This document shows positions 55,013-63,655 of a stretch of 64,000 nucleotides of DNA, piece by piece. Source of the stretch: Candidatus Lambdaproteobacteria bacterium. GTDB taxonomy: Bacteria > SAR324 > JACQKK01. Made by a program: the position numbers and the translations under genes. The stretch's first letter is position 1. Every line of letters starts with the position of its first letter. The DNA lies in contig JACQKK010000010.1 of assembly GCA_016204605.1 (NCBI GenBank), forward strand, positions 7,636-71,635. The letters run 5' to 3'. Below the pieces are notes generated by a model that saw nothing but the letters and a program-made list of their open reading frames with translations, ran no database searches and was not told where the DNA came from.

Positions 55013-56551
55013 ATGCGCACGCGACCGAACATCCTCCTCATCACCTCCGATCAGCAGCGGGGGGATTGCTACGGCTTCGCAGGCCGGAAGGTGCGTACGC
55101 CCCATCTGGACCGGATGGCTGGCCGGGGCACGCGCTTCTCCGCCTGCATCGCGCCCAACGCGGTGTGCCAGCCCGCCCGCGCGTCGATCCTGACCGGGCT
55201 GCTGCCGCGCACCAACGGGGTGTGGGACAACGGGGTCGAGCTGCGGCCCGAGATCGGCGAGGCGGGCTTCGCCGGCCAGCTGGGGCGGCTCGGCTACCGC
55301 ACGGGCTTCATCGGCAAGTCGCACTTCGCCACCCACAACACCTTCCTGGCCACCGGCACCCCGGAGTGCAAGCACACCGCCCATTCCGAGGACTGGTACG
55401 GCCCGTACATGGGCTTCGAACACGTGGAGCTGACCAGCGCCGGGCACCTCTACTTCAACGACATCCGCCCGCCGATCCTGCCCCCCTATGGCCAGCACTA
55501 CGAGCGCTTCTTCCACGGCGGGGGGCGCAGCGAGTGGCTGGTGCGGGCCCAGATGAGCAAGGGCCGGCCCGACGTGGGGGCCGAGCAGACCTGGCATTCG
55601 CAACTGCCCCCGGCCTTCCACACCTCGACCTGGTGCGCCGACCGCACGATCCGGCTGCTGGAGCGGTACCGCGAGCAGCCGTTCTGCATCTGGTCGTCGT
55701 TTCCCGATCCGCACCATCCGTTCGACGCGCCGGAGCCCTGGAGCCGGCTGCACCACCCCGACGAGGTGGATCTGCCGGCCCACCGCACACTGGACCTCGA
55801 GCGCCGACCCTGGTGGCACCGCGCGAGCCTGGAGGGCATCCCGCAGCTCGCCGACGAGAAGATGCGCGCCTTCCGCGCCAAGATGTCGCGGGTGCCGCCG
55901 CAGACCGACGTGCAGCTCCGCCACCTGATCGCCAACTACTACGGCATGATCGCCCTGATCGACCACAACGTGGGCCGCATCTTCGCGGCGCTCGACGACC
56001 TGGGTCTGAGCGGGAACACCCTGGTGGTCTTCACCACCGACCACGGCGAGTGGCTGGGCGACCATGGCCTGATCCTCAAGGGGCCGATGATGTATGAGGG
56101 CCTGCTGCGGGTGGGCTGCATCGTGAACGGGCCGGGCGTGCCGGCCGGCAAGGTGGTGGCCGAGCCGGTCTCCACGCTGGACCTGGCCGCCACGTTCTAC
56201 GACTACGCGGGCGCCCACGGCGGCGACGCGCGCCACAGCCGCAGCTTGCGCCCGCTGATCGAGCGGCAGGGCGGGACGCGCGACTTCGCCCACAACGAGT
56301 GGGACCTGCACCCCTCCCGCTGCGGCGTGGCGCTCAAGCTGCGCACGGTGCGCACCCGTACCCACAAGCTGACGCTGGAACTGGATTCCGGCGCGGGAGA
56401 GCTCTACGACCTGGTCAACGACCCGGAGGAGATGGAGAACCGCTACGAGGACGCGGCCTACCGGAGCGTACGGCGCGAGCTCGAGGCCATGATCCGCAGC
56501 CGGCCCGACGACGCCCTGCACCCGCTGGCGGAGCCGGTGGGCTCAGCTTGA
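55013..56551 (+). CDS. sulfatase (Cys-type, formylglycine-dependent) without signal peptide
   Basis: It has PNILLITSDQQRGD and the C-x-P-x-R motif (CQPAR). The sequence ...GKSHF... is present. No N-terminal signal peptide is seen. Confidence 0.8.
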   Translation: MRTRPNILLITSDQQRGDCYGFAGRKVRTPHLDRMAGRGTRFSACIAPNAVCQPARASILTGLLPRTNGVWDNGVELRPEIGEAGFAGQLGRLGYRTGFIGKSHFATHNTFLATGTPECKHTAHSEDWYGPYMGFEHVELTSAGHLYFNDIRPPILPPYGQHYERFFHGGGRSEWLVRAQMSKGRPDVGAEQTWHSQLPPAFHTSTWCADRTIRLLERYREQPFCIWSSFPDPHHPFDAPEPWSRLHHPDEVDLPAHRTLDLERRPWWHRASLEGIPQLADEKMRAFRAKMSRVPPQTDVQLRHLIANYYGMIALIDHNVGRIFAALDDLGLSGNTLVVFTTDHGEWLGDHGLILKGPMMYEGLLRVGCIVNGPGVPAGKVVAEPVSTLDLAATFYDYAGAHGGDARHSRSLRPLIERQGGTRDFAHNEWDLHPSRCGVALKLRTVRTRTHKLTLELDSGAGELYDLVNDPEEMENRYEDAAYRSVRRELEAMIRSRPDDALHPLAEPVGSA

Positions 56552-56659
56552 CCGTGGCTAGTGGGTCGTGGCGGTGCGGCGCCGCATCGCGCAAGGCGCC
56601 GCGTGGCATGGGGTTGCCTGGCACGGCGCGGGGCGCCACCCGCAGAGAGGGACGCGGCC

Positions 56660-56974
56660 TCAGGCCAGCCGCCGCGCGTGGACGCTTTCGATCTGGTGAC
56701 AGTGGCGGGCCAGTTGCTGCGCGTCCGCGATCAACTGCTGGGGCGAGCCCTCGCCGGCCATCAGCCGATCCTGGATTTCCTGCGGGAGCATGCCGAAGGC
56801 CCGCACGATGCGCTGCATGGAGTCGGTGTCGAAGTCGTCCAGCGCCTTGTCCATGTAGCGGAACAGCTCGCCGTCGCCGATGCTGCCCCAGACGGCAAGG
56901 GCGATGCCCATCACATCGTAGAACAACTGGCTCTGTTCCTGCCCATCGCGCTTGTCGTCGATGATCATGACCAC
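56660..56974 (-). CDS. hypothetical protein
   Basis: It is a 104-aa ORF preceded by a strong Shine-Dalgarno sequence (AAGGAGGTGGTC ATG). I recognise no family. Confidence 0.5.
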   Translation of the reverse strand: MVMIIDDKRDGQEQSQLFYDVMGIALAVWGSIGDGELFRYMDKALDDFDTDSMQRIVRAFGMLPQEIQDRLMAGEGSPQQLIADAQQLARHCHQIESVHARRLA

Positions 56975-57123
56975 CTCCTTGTTGGAAAAAGATGCTCCCG
57001 CCCCGGGAGTCCCACCCCGTCATGCCAAAACCGTACCCGTCGGCGCGCTCCCCCGAATGTCGCGTTGAATCAACGCGTCAGGGGCCGGCCGCCGGTCGGG
57101 TGGGGCCCGCGCATGACCCCCCG

Positions 57124-58023
57124 ATGAATGCCCGGAAACCCCCGCCCGCCAGGCGGCCGGCGCCGCAGGCGGCGGCGGCGCGGGTCGGTCTGGCCCTCGT
57201 GGTCGCCCTGGTCCCCGCGCTCGCCCTGGGCACCGCGCCGCCTCTCCGCGCGCAGCAGCCGGAGCGGCTGACGCTGGGCGAGCCCGAGCTCTGGTCCTTC
57301 GCCGAGAGCCTCTACCGCCAGGGCGAGCACTTCCGGGCCATCTCCGAGTACCGCCGGCTGGTGTTCTTCTTCCCGCAGGGCGCGAACGCCCTCGACGCGC
57401 GCATCCGGATCGGCCAGGCCTACCTGCGCGGCGGCGAGCCCCGGCGGGCGCTGGACGCCTTCGGCGACGTGCTGCGCGATCCCTCGGCCGCGGCCGCGCA
57501 CGACCGCGCCCGCTACGGGCGGGGGCTGAGCTGGCTGGAGCTGGAGCCGGAGCGGCCCTATCCCCTGCGCGCGCCGGCCATCGCCTCGGCGCTGGAGGAG
57601 TTCCGCGCCCTTGCGCCCGCTTGGCCCGGGCGGGAGCGGGTGACAGGGTTCGTCGCGGCCACGGAGCATCCGCCGCCGCTGCCGGCGAAGTCGCCCCTGC
57701 TGGCGGGCGCGCTCTCGGCGGTGGTGCCCGGCACGGGCAGCTTCTACGTGGGGCGCTACGCGGAGGGCAGCCTGGCGCTGTTCGTCACCGGCGTGCTGGC
57801 GTATGCCGCGGGCAGCTCCTTCCGCGCCGATCAGCCGGCGGCCGGCACGGTGTTCGGGGCGGCCGCGCTGGCCTTCTATGGCGGGAGCATCTATGCGGCG
57901 GCCAGCGGGGCGCACAAGTTCAACGACCGCACCCGCGCCGCCTACCTGGAGCGGCAGCGCCAGCGCTTCGGGATCGTGCTCGCCCCTGCCGGCGTGGCCG
58001 GCGCCTTCAGCGTCGATTTCTGA
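57124..58023 (+). CDS. tetratricopeptide-like repeat protein with signal peptide and C-terminal hydrophobic segments
   Basis: A signal peptide (LALVVALVPALALGTAPPLRAQQ) is followed by TPR-like helices (AESLYRQGEHFRAISEYRRLVFFFPQG..., RIGQAYLRGGEPRRAL...). Two TM-like segments are near the C-terminus. Confidence 0.55.
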   Translation: MNARKPPPARRPAPQAAAARVGLALVVALVPALALGTAPPLRAQQPERLTLGEPELWSFAESLYRQGEHFRAISEYRRLVFFFPQGANALDARIRIGQAYLRGGEPRRALDAFGDVLRDPSAAAAHDRARYGRGLSWLELEPERPYPLRAPAIASALEEFRALAPAWPGRERVTGFVAATEHPPPLPAKSPLLAGALSAVVPGTGSFYVGRYAEGSLALFVTGVLAYAAGSSFRADQPAAGTVFGAAALAFYGGSIYAAASGAHKFNDRTRAAYLERQRQRFGIVLAPAGVAGAFSVDF

Positions 58024-58077
58024 GGACGGGTCGCAGACGGAGCGAAACTTCGCGCCCGCCGCCGGCGCGGCTTGCCG

Positions 58078-58143
58078 CGTCCCCTCCCCGCCCTGCGGGC
58101 ACCCCTCCCCACCTGGTGGGGAGGGTTGGGGGTGGGGACGCCG
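58078..58143. repeat. GC-rich hairpin (REP-like) repeat
   Basis: It reads cgtcccctccccgccctgcgggcacccctccccacctggtggggagggttgggggtggggacgcc. It is nearly identical to the 36730-36778 unit and is itself a long imperfect palindrome. Confidence 0.7.
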
Positions 58144-58249
58144 GCGGGCGCGCCTGCCCGCGACGCCCCCAGCGGGGTGCAGGGTTTCCGAACCGCTGCC
58201 GGCATTCGGGAGAGGGTCAATTCGGCGAGTGCATACGGGGACGCGCACG

Positions 58250-58330
58250 GCAGATTCCTCGCTGTCGCTCGGAATGACATGGGCTTGTCACGTCGAGCGC
58301 AGCGAGACATCTGCTGCTGGAATTCGGACG
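58250..58330. repeat. 'gaatgaca...ttgtcac' family repeat (copy 2)
   Basis: The sequence gcagattcctcgctgtcgctcggaatgacatgggcttgtcacgtcgagcgcagcgagacatctgctgctgga aligns with 12601-12690 at about 85% identity. Confidence 0.7.
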
Positions 58331-58392
58331 GACCCACCGCTTGCGGTTCCAAGGGGCCGCGCCCCTTGGCGCCGGCGCCGGCACCGTTCGGT

Positions 58393-59067
58393 TCACCCCA
58401 CGTGCGCCTTGAGGAACGTCAGCGAGCGCTCGAAGGACTGCTTGGCGGCGGCGGCGTTGTAGACGTCGGGCCGGGTTTCGTTCACGAAGGCGTGGTCCGC
58501 GTCGTAGCGGTAGATCTCCCATTTGACCTTCGTCTTCTTGAGGTCGGCCTCCAGCCCGCTCACCGCCGCCGGGGTGCACCAGGTGTCCTTGTTGGCGAAG
58601 TGGCCCTGGAAAGGTACGCGCATCTGGGCGGGGTCCGCCGCCTGCTTGGGGGGGATGCCGTAGAAGCAGACCCCCGCATCCAGCTCCGGCACCTTCACGC
58701 TGGCGATCAGCGTCAGCGCGCCGCCCATGCAGTAGCCGACCACCGCCACCTTGGCGCCCGACGCCCGCAGCCAGAGCGCGGCTGCGCGGATGTCCTGCGT
58801 GGCTGCATCGCCGAAATTCAGTGCGTTCATCATCTGCCCAGCCTCGTCGGCGTCCTTGGCCAGCTTCCCCCGGTAGAGGTCGGGCACCAGCGAGCGGTAG
58901 CCTTGCGCCGCGTAACGGTCGGCCACCTTCTTCATCTGGTCGTTGAGCCCCCACCACTCCTGGATCACCACCAGCCCCGGCGCCGTGTCACCGCCTGTGG
59001 CCGGCCTGGCCAGGTAGCCGGAGGACATCTTGCCGTCCGGCCGCTTGAACTGGATCATCTCGCCCAT
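58393..59067 (-). CDS. dienelactone hydrolase family protein
   Basis: It has ...GLVVIQEWWGLNDQMKKVADRYAAQGY... and VGYCMGG (a nucleophile elbow with Cys). The start is at MGEMIQ. Confidence 0.8.
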   Translation of the reverse strand: MGEMIQFKRPDGKMSSGYLARPATGGDTAPGLVVIQEWWGLNDQMKKVADRYAAQGYRSLVPDLYRGKLAKDADEAGQMMNALNFGDAATQDIRAAALWLRASGAKVAVVGYCMGGALTLIASVKVPELDAGVCFYGIPPKQAADPAQMRVPFQGHFANKDTWCTPAAVSGLEADLKKTKVKWEIYRYDADHAFVNETRPDVYNAAAAKQSFERSLTFLKAHVG

Positions 59068-59183
59068 GGCTTTCGCTCCCCTTCGACGTGGATCAGAAGC
59101 GGCCGGCAACGCGCCGCCGCCCTCACGAGCGCACCCTACCGCAAATCCGGCGCCGGGGCCAAGGGCGGCGCGCCTCTTGCCGC

Positions 59184-59627
59184 AGGGCAAGTCCAAAGTC
59201 AGGTGGCATGGATTGGCCACCTGATGCTCTTGCTCACGGCGCAACGCTTCAACCCATTCTTCCAAGCAGCGTTCCAACGCTTCCGGGCGCAACGCCGCAA
59301 AAATGCGCTCGAACGGCTGGCGCGAGGGGATGCCCTAGGGCAGGCTGAGAAAGCTCTTGAACCATTTGCGCTTGGCTCGCCCGAAGGCCGCCATCGCCTG
59401 CCACCCGTCCGCTCCACAAATCACGGCGCAGAGCCCGATCACCAGCACATCGGCCAGCAGGTGCCGCCGTCCCGTGAGTTGGCGCGGATCCTTGATACGC
59501 TCCAAATGCTCGATCTGCTTTGTAACCATCTGGGGTCCCTCCGCTTCATGGGAGCATCCTTGCTCCACTGCGAATGGACCACATTGAAATTAAAACGAAA
59601 AGACATTTCGTTCGGCGACTTTGGACT
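59184..59627. mobile_element. decayed ISAs1-family insertion sequence / MITE-like derivative bounded by perfect 16-bp terminal inverted repeats
   Basis: GGGCAAGTCCAAAGTC at 59184-59199 and its exact reverse complement GACTTTGGACTTGCCC at 59612-59627 bound a 444-bp lower-GC segment. The segment holds only an N-terminal transposase fragment. Confidence 0.65.
59335..59529 (-). pseudogene. ISAs1-family transposase, N-terminal fragment only (about 65 codons)
   Basis: MVTKQIEHLERIKDPRQ...LLADVLVIGLCAVICGADGWQAMAAFGRAKRKWFKSFLSLP* matches the conserved N-terminus of ISAs1/H-repeat transposases (for example, ...[23 protein letters not shown]...). It ends at a premature stop. Confidence 0.65.
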
Positions 59628-59699
59628 TGCCCTGCGTACCGCTGGTCCCCAAGGCTGGAAGGAAGAGCAGATTTCACGCGGAGCCTGCCCTGAGCAAGG

Positions 59700-59790
59700 C
59701 CGACGGGCCCGAAATGACGTCCCGTTGTCACCCCGAGCCTTTCGACAGGCTCAGGACAGGCTCCGCGAGGGGTCTGCTGATCCTGTCCCG
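59700..59790. repeat. 'gaaatgac...ttgtcac' family repeat (copy 3, with internal insertion)
   Basis: The sequence cccgaaatgacgtcccgttgtcaccccgagc...gcgaggggtctgctg shares both the 5' and 3' cores with copies 1 and 2. It abuts the IS relic. Confidence 0.6.
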
Positions 59791-60068
59791 CCGGTAAGAG
59801 CGAACCTGAGTCACTTCCGGCGCCCCGGCCTATGGCGGCGAACCGCCCGTGCCTCTACCCATGGCGCGGCCGCATCTCCGCGCCTCCCGGCCTCGCGAGG
59901 CCACCCGCCCCTCCGGCGCTATCCTTTGGCGCGGTTGATGAATGGCATGGGTCGGGATACGCTGCCTCGCGAGGGGAAACCCCTGACGACATGAGGCGGG
60001 AGCGGCTGGGCCTGCGCGCCGGCAGGGCGCCAGCCCCGAGCCCCTGCCCCCAAGAGCGAGCGCAAGCG

Positions 60069-60587
60069 ATGGAGATCGAGAAGCACCGGGTGGTGTCGAA
60101 CAAGCTCTCGTACGCCAAGGGCAAGCGGCCCGACGTGCCGTGCATCCTGTGTGCGGTGGCGTCCGACGACCCCCGGGTGGACAACCTGCGGGTGTACCGC
60201 GAGGGCGACCTGTTCGTGACGTTGAACCTGTACCCGTACAACCCCGGCCATCTGATGATCGTGCCCGAGCGCCATTGTCTCGACGTGCGGGAGCTGAGCG
60301 AGGCCGAGGTCTTGCACATCCATCGCTTGCAGGTGATGACGCTGGGCGTGCTGGACCAGGTGTACAGCCCCGGCGGGTACAACATCGGCTACAACCTAGG
60401 CCGCACCTCCGGGGCGAGCATCGACCATATCCACCTCCAGATCGTCCCGCGCTACCGGTCGGAGATCGGCTTCTTCGATATCCTCTCCGACTCGCGGGTG
60501 ATCGTGGAGGACCCGCGGGTGACCAAGGAGAAGCTGGAGCACGCCTTCGCCGCGGCGGCAGGCGCCAACAGCCGCCAGGCCCGCTAG
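60069..60587 (+). CDS. HIT family protein
   Basis: The histidine triad HIHLQIVPR is present in ...YPYNPGHLMIVPERH.... Confidence 0.75.
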   Translation: MEIEKHRVVSNKLSYAKGKRPDVPCILCAVASDDPRVDNLRVYREGDLFVTLNLYPYNPGHLMIVPERHCLDVRELSEAEVLHIHRLQVMTLGVLDQVYSPGGYNIGYNLGRTSGASIDHIHLQIVPRYRSEIGFFDILSDSRVIVEDPRVTKEKLEHAFAAAAGANSRQAR

Positions 60588-60718
60588 CATGCGCCAGGGG
60601 CCGTGGCGGGCGGCGGCTGGAAGAATGAACGGGTCGGGAGTAAGCTGGTCCCGGTAAGCAAAGGCGGCGTGGGCCAACACCTCCGCCGCCCGGCAAGGCG
60701 CGTGATGAGGAGAACGCC

Positions 60719-61732
60719 ATGGGCGTCGGAAAGCTGACGGGGCCGAAGAAGGCCGCCATCCTGCTGTTGGCCCTGGGAGAGGAAGGCGCGGCCGACGTGG
60801 TCAAGAACCTGGAGGACAGCGAAATCCAGCAGGTGGGCTACTACATGGCCCGCTTCACCGACGTCTCGCAGGAGGAGCTGGACCTGGTGTTGGAGGAGTA
60901 CTTCCACAAGAGCAAGGGCGACGGCTCCGGCTTCCTCATCAACGCCTCCGGCGATTTCGTCAAGAACACGCTCTCCAAGGCGCTGGGCGGCGACCGCGCC
61001 AAGGAGCTGGTGGACAACCTCTCGGCCACGGTCGAAGAGAGCGCGCTCGAATCGCTGAAGTGGCTGGACCCCAAGGCCATCGCCAACTTCATCACCCATG
61101 AGCACCCGCAGACCATCGCCCTGATCCTGGCCCACCTCGAGGACCCGGAGCAGACGGCCACCGTGCTCAAGGAGCTGCCCGAGAACCTCCAGGCCGACGT
61201 GGTCTACCGCATGGCGATCCTCGAGAGCGTGCAGCCCGGCGTGGTCTCGGAGATCGACGAGGTGCTCTCGCGCGAGATGCAGGCCTCGGGCGCCATGGGC
61301 ACCGCCAAGGTGGGCGGCATCGAGGCCGTGGCCGAGATGCTCAACTCGCTCGACAAGTCCTCCGAGACGCGCATCCTCGCCACCATCGAGGAGAGCAACC
61401 CCGACCTGGCCGAGCAGATCCGCGAGCTGATGTTCACCTTCGAGGACATGCTGCTGATCGACAGCCGCGGCATGCAGCTCATCCTCAAGGAAGTGCCGCA
61501 GCAGGACCTGGTGCTCGCCCTCAAGACCGCCAGCGAGGCCATCAAGGAGCTGATCATGAGCTCCATGTCGCAGCGCGCCGGCGAGATGCTGCGCGAGGAC
61601 CTCGAGGTGCTCGGCCCCGTCAAGGTGGCCGACGTCGAGAAGGCCCAGCAGAACATGGTCAAGATCTGCCGCCGCCTCGAAGAAGAGGGCAAGATCATCA
61701 TCGGCGGCCGCGGCGGCGGCGATGTGATCTGA
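60719..61732 (+). CDS. fliG: flagellar motor switch protein FliG (isolated copy)
   Basis: The 337-aa protein matches FliG full-length (KKAAILLLALGEEGAADVVKNL...IGGRGGGDVI). The C-terminal torque-helix region (ELMFTFEDMLLIDSRGMQLILKEVPQQDLVLALKTASEAIKELIMSSMSQRAGEMLREDLEVLGPVKVADVEKAQQNMVKICRRLEEEGKIII) is also present. GAGGAG precedes the ATG. No fliF or fliH is adjacent. Confidence 0.85.
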   Translation: MGVGKLTGPKKAAILLLALGEEGAADVVKNLEDSEIQQVGYYMARFTDVSQEELDLVLEEYFHKSKGDGSGFLINASGDFVKNTLSKALGGDRAKELVDNLSATVEESALESLKWLDPKAIANFITHEHPQTIALILAHLEDPEQTATVLKELPENLQADVVYRMAILESVQPGVVSEIDEVLSREMQASGAMGTAKVGGIEAVAEMLNSLDKSSETRILATIEESNPDLAEQIRELMFTFEDMLLIDSRGMQLILKEVPQQDLVLALKTASEAIKELIMSSMSQRAGEMLREDLEVLGPVKVADVEKAQQNMVKICRRLEEEGKIIIGGRGGGDVI

Positions 61733-61780
61733 AGCGCCGTTTCGCTGCTCCCAAGCCCACCCCGAATTGCAGACGCGCAC

Positions 61781-61807
61781 CCGGAGCCGCTGTCGCGGCG
61801 GCTCCGG
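61781..61807. terminator. bidirectional GC hairpin between convergent fliG and the pentapeptide-repeat gene
   Basis: CCGGAGCCGC tgtcgcg GCGGCTCCGG forms a perfect 10-bp stem. There is no U-tract, as is common in high-GC genomes. Confidence 0.35.
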
Positions 61808-61831
61808 CGCGCAGGCCGGCCGGCAGGTCGC

Positions 61832-62776
61832 CTACGCGCCGGGCACGCGCGCGCGGGGCTCCGGGGCGGAGGGGTGCGGCTCCTCGGGCCCACCGGCGCG
61901 GTAGACGCCCCGCCCATCGAGCCGCTCGCGGATCCAGTCCTCGACGCTGGGGTGGGCCTGCCGCTGGAGCAGCGAGCCCTCCTGCAGCGCGAACCGGGCG
62001 CGGTCCAGGTGGGCGCCCCCCAGCTCGGCGCCCTCGAGGTTGGCGCTGACCAGGTTGGCCCGCTGGAGTGTGGCGCCGCCGAGGTCGGCGCGCACCAGTT
62101 GGGCGCTCTCCAGCTCGCAGCCGCGCAGGTTCGCGCCGCGCAGACTGGCGCGGGTCAGGTTCGCCTCGCCGAGCCGGGCGCCCTGCAGGTCGGCCCCGTC
62201 AAGGCGCGCCCCCTGGAGATTGGCCTTGCGCAGATCGGCGCCGGTGAGCCGGCAGCCCCGCAGGTCCGTGCCGCCGAGATCGGCGCCCTGCAGCGCCGCG
62301 TCGGCAAGGTCGCGCGGCGCGAGCCCCACGGCGTTGAGGTCGCGAATCAGCCCGGTCTTGCGCAGGATGCCCTCTTCGGAGGCCCAGCGGGCCAGGTGGC
62401 GCAGGTCCCGCTGCATGCGGCGCTGCTCGGCCTGGGCGGCGGTGGTGCGGTTCCAGAGCCAGAGCAGGGCCGCCGAGAGGGCCGCGTTGAGCAAGGCGGC
62501 CTGGATCAGCACCAGCAGCAGCGGCCCCAGCCGCGTCTGGGCGTAGACCCCCGCCACACTTCCCCACACGAGCGACGCCGCCAGCAGGAAGGCCGCCCCG
62601 CCGAGCCCCACCGCCCAGAGCCTCGCCCAAGGCCTGGCAGGGCGACGGTCGTCGAGGGGTTGGGCAGCCACGGGCGGGTGACGGGCGGCGGACGGAGGGC
62701 GCGGGCTCCCGGGCGCCGACCGGCGGAACCGGGGCGGGGGAGCTCGCGGAGCGGGCGCGACCGGCGCCCCCGTCAC
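61832..62776 (-). CDS. membrane-anchored pentapeptide repeat protein
   Basis: The C-terminal 150 aa are A(D/N)LxG-type pentapeptide repeats (ADLGGTDLRGCRLTGADLRKANLQGARLDGADLQGARLGEANL...). An internal TM segment is upstream. The exact start is uncertain because the N-terminus is P/A-rich. Confidence 0.65.
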   Translation of the reverse strand: MTGAPVAPAPRAPPPRFRRSAPGSPRPPSAARHPPVAAQPLDDRRPARPWARLWAVGLGGAAFLLAASLVWGSVAGVYAQTRLGPLLLVLIQAALLNAALSAALLWLWNRTTAAQAEQRRMQRDLRHLARWASEEGILRKTGLIRDLNAVGLAPRDLADAALQGADLGGTDLRGCRLTGADLRKANLQGARLDGADLQGARLGEANLTRASLRGANLRGCELESAQLVRADLGGATLQRANLVSANLEGAELGGAHLDRARFALQEGSLLQRQAHPSVEDWIRERLDGRGVYRAGGPEEPHPSAPEPRARVPGA

Positions 62777-62803
62777 CCTTATAGACCCTGGAGCATGCTG
62801 TGA

Positions 62804-63655
62804 TCAATGCGCCGCGGGAGGAGCACCCGCAGGCGCTCCCGGCGCGGCGGACCCTTGGGGCGCTGCGGGCGGCGCGGCCGCGGCGAGCTGGAGGTCGCGG
62901 TGGACGCTCTGGGCGATGCGGAACAATTGCTCGCGGGCGAGAGGGCCGGTGATGGCATAGCCCAGCGCATTCTCCACCCAGTAGAACGTGCCCACCGCTC
63001 CCTTGCGCTCGAACTGGAAGGCCGTCGTCTCGGGCGCCGCCGCGGCCGGGCCGATGTAAAGGGTGAGCCGCGCGTCCGCGGGGCCCTGGTACATCAGCAG
63101 CGCCGCAGGGCCGGTCGTGGCCAGCAGCCGCCCGCCGACCAGCTCAAACCCTTCGTTGCGCAGGTCCGGAATGGCGAGCCGCGTGCTGAGGCGGCGCGAG
63201 AGCCAGGTCACGAGGTGCTGGTGCTCGTCGGCGCCCACCTCGACCGGGTGGCGCCGTTCGGGTGCGTACACGGCATAGGCGACCATGGCGTGGTCCATCC
63301 ACGCCTCGGCGGCGAGGTTCTGCCGCTCGGCCCGGCCCGCCAGGCTCCACGCGACCGCGCCGCCCACCACCACCCCCACGGCCGCGGCGGCCGCGTACCC
63401 CGCCCAGCGGCGCCAGCGACCCCAGGCCATGGCGGCGCGGGGCAGGCGCGGCGAGGCGGGGGGCGCCTCGCGCAGCAGCCGATCGCCCAGCGCCCGCAGC
63501 GCGGCGTTCTGGCCGAGGTAATCCTCCACGCGGGCCGCCCATTCGGGCTCGGCGGCCAGGAACGCCTCCACCGCCTGGCGGTGCTCGGGATCGAGAAAGC
63601 CATCCACGTAGGCGTGGATCATCTCCTCGGAGACTTGCGCTTCCCGTTCGCTCAT
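62804..63655 (-). CDS. anti-sigma factor (single-pass membrane)
   Basis: It has MSEREAQVSEEMIHAYVDGFLDPEHRQAVEAFL..., an anti-sigma N-domain, and a central TM segment. Its start overlaps the stop of the upstream ECF sigma gene by 4 nt. Confidence 0.7.
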   Translation of the reverse strand: MSEREAQVSEEMIHAYVDGFLDPEHRQAVEAFLAAEPEWAARVEDYLGQNAALRALGDRLLREAPPASPRLPRAAMAWGRWRRWAGYAAAAAVGVVVGGAVAWSLAGRAERQNLAAEAWMDHAMVAYAVYAPERRHPVEVGADEHQHLVTWLSRRLSTRLAIPDLRNEGFELVGGRLLATTGPAALLMYQGPADARLTLYIGPAAAAPETTAFQFERKGAVGTFYWVENALGYAITGPLAREQLFRIAQSVHRDLQLAAAAPPAAPQGSAAPGAPAGAPPAAH

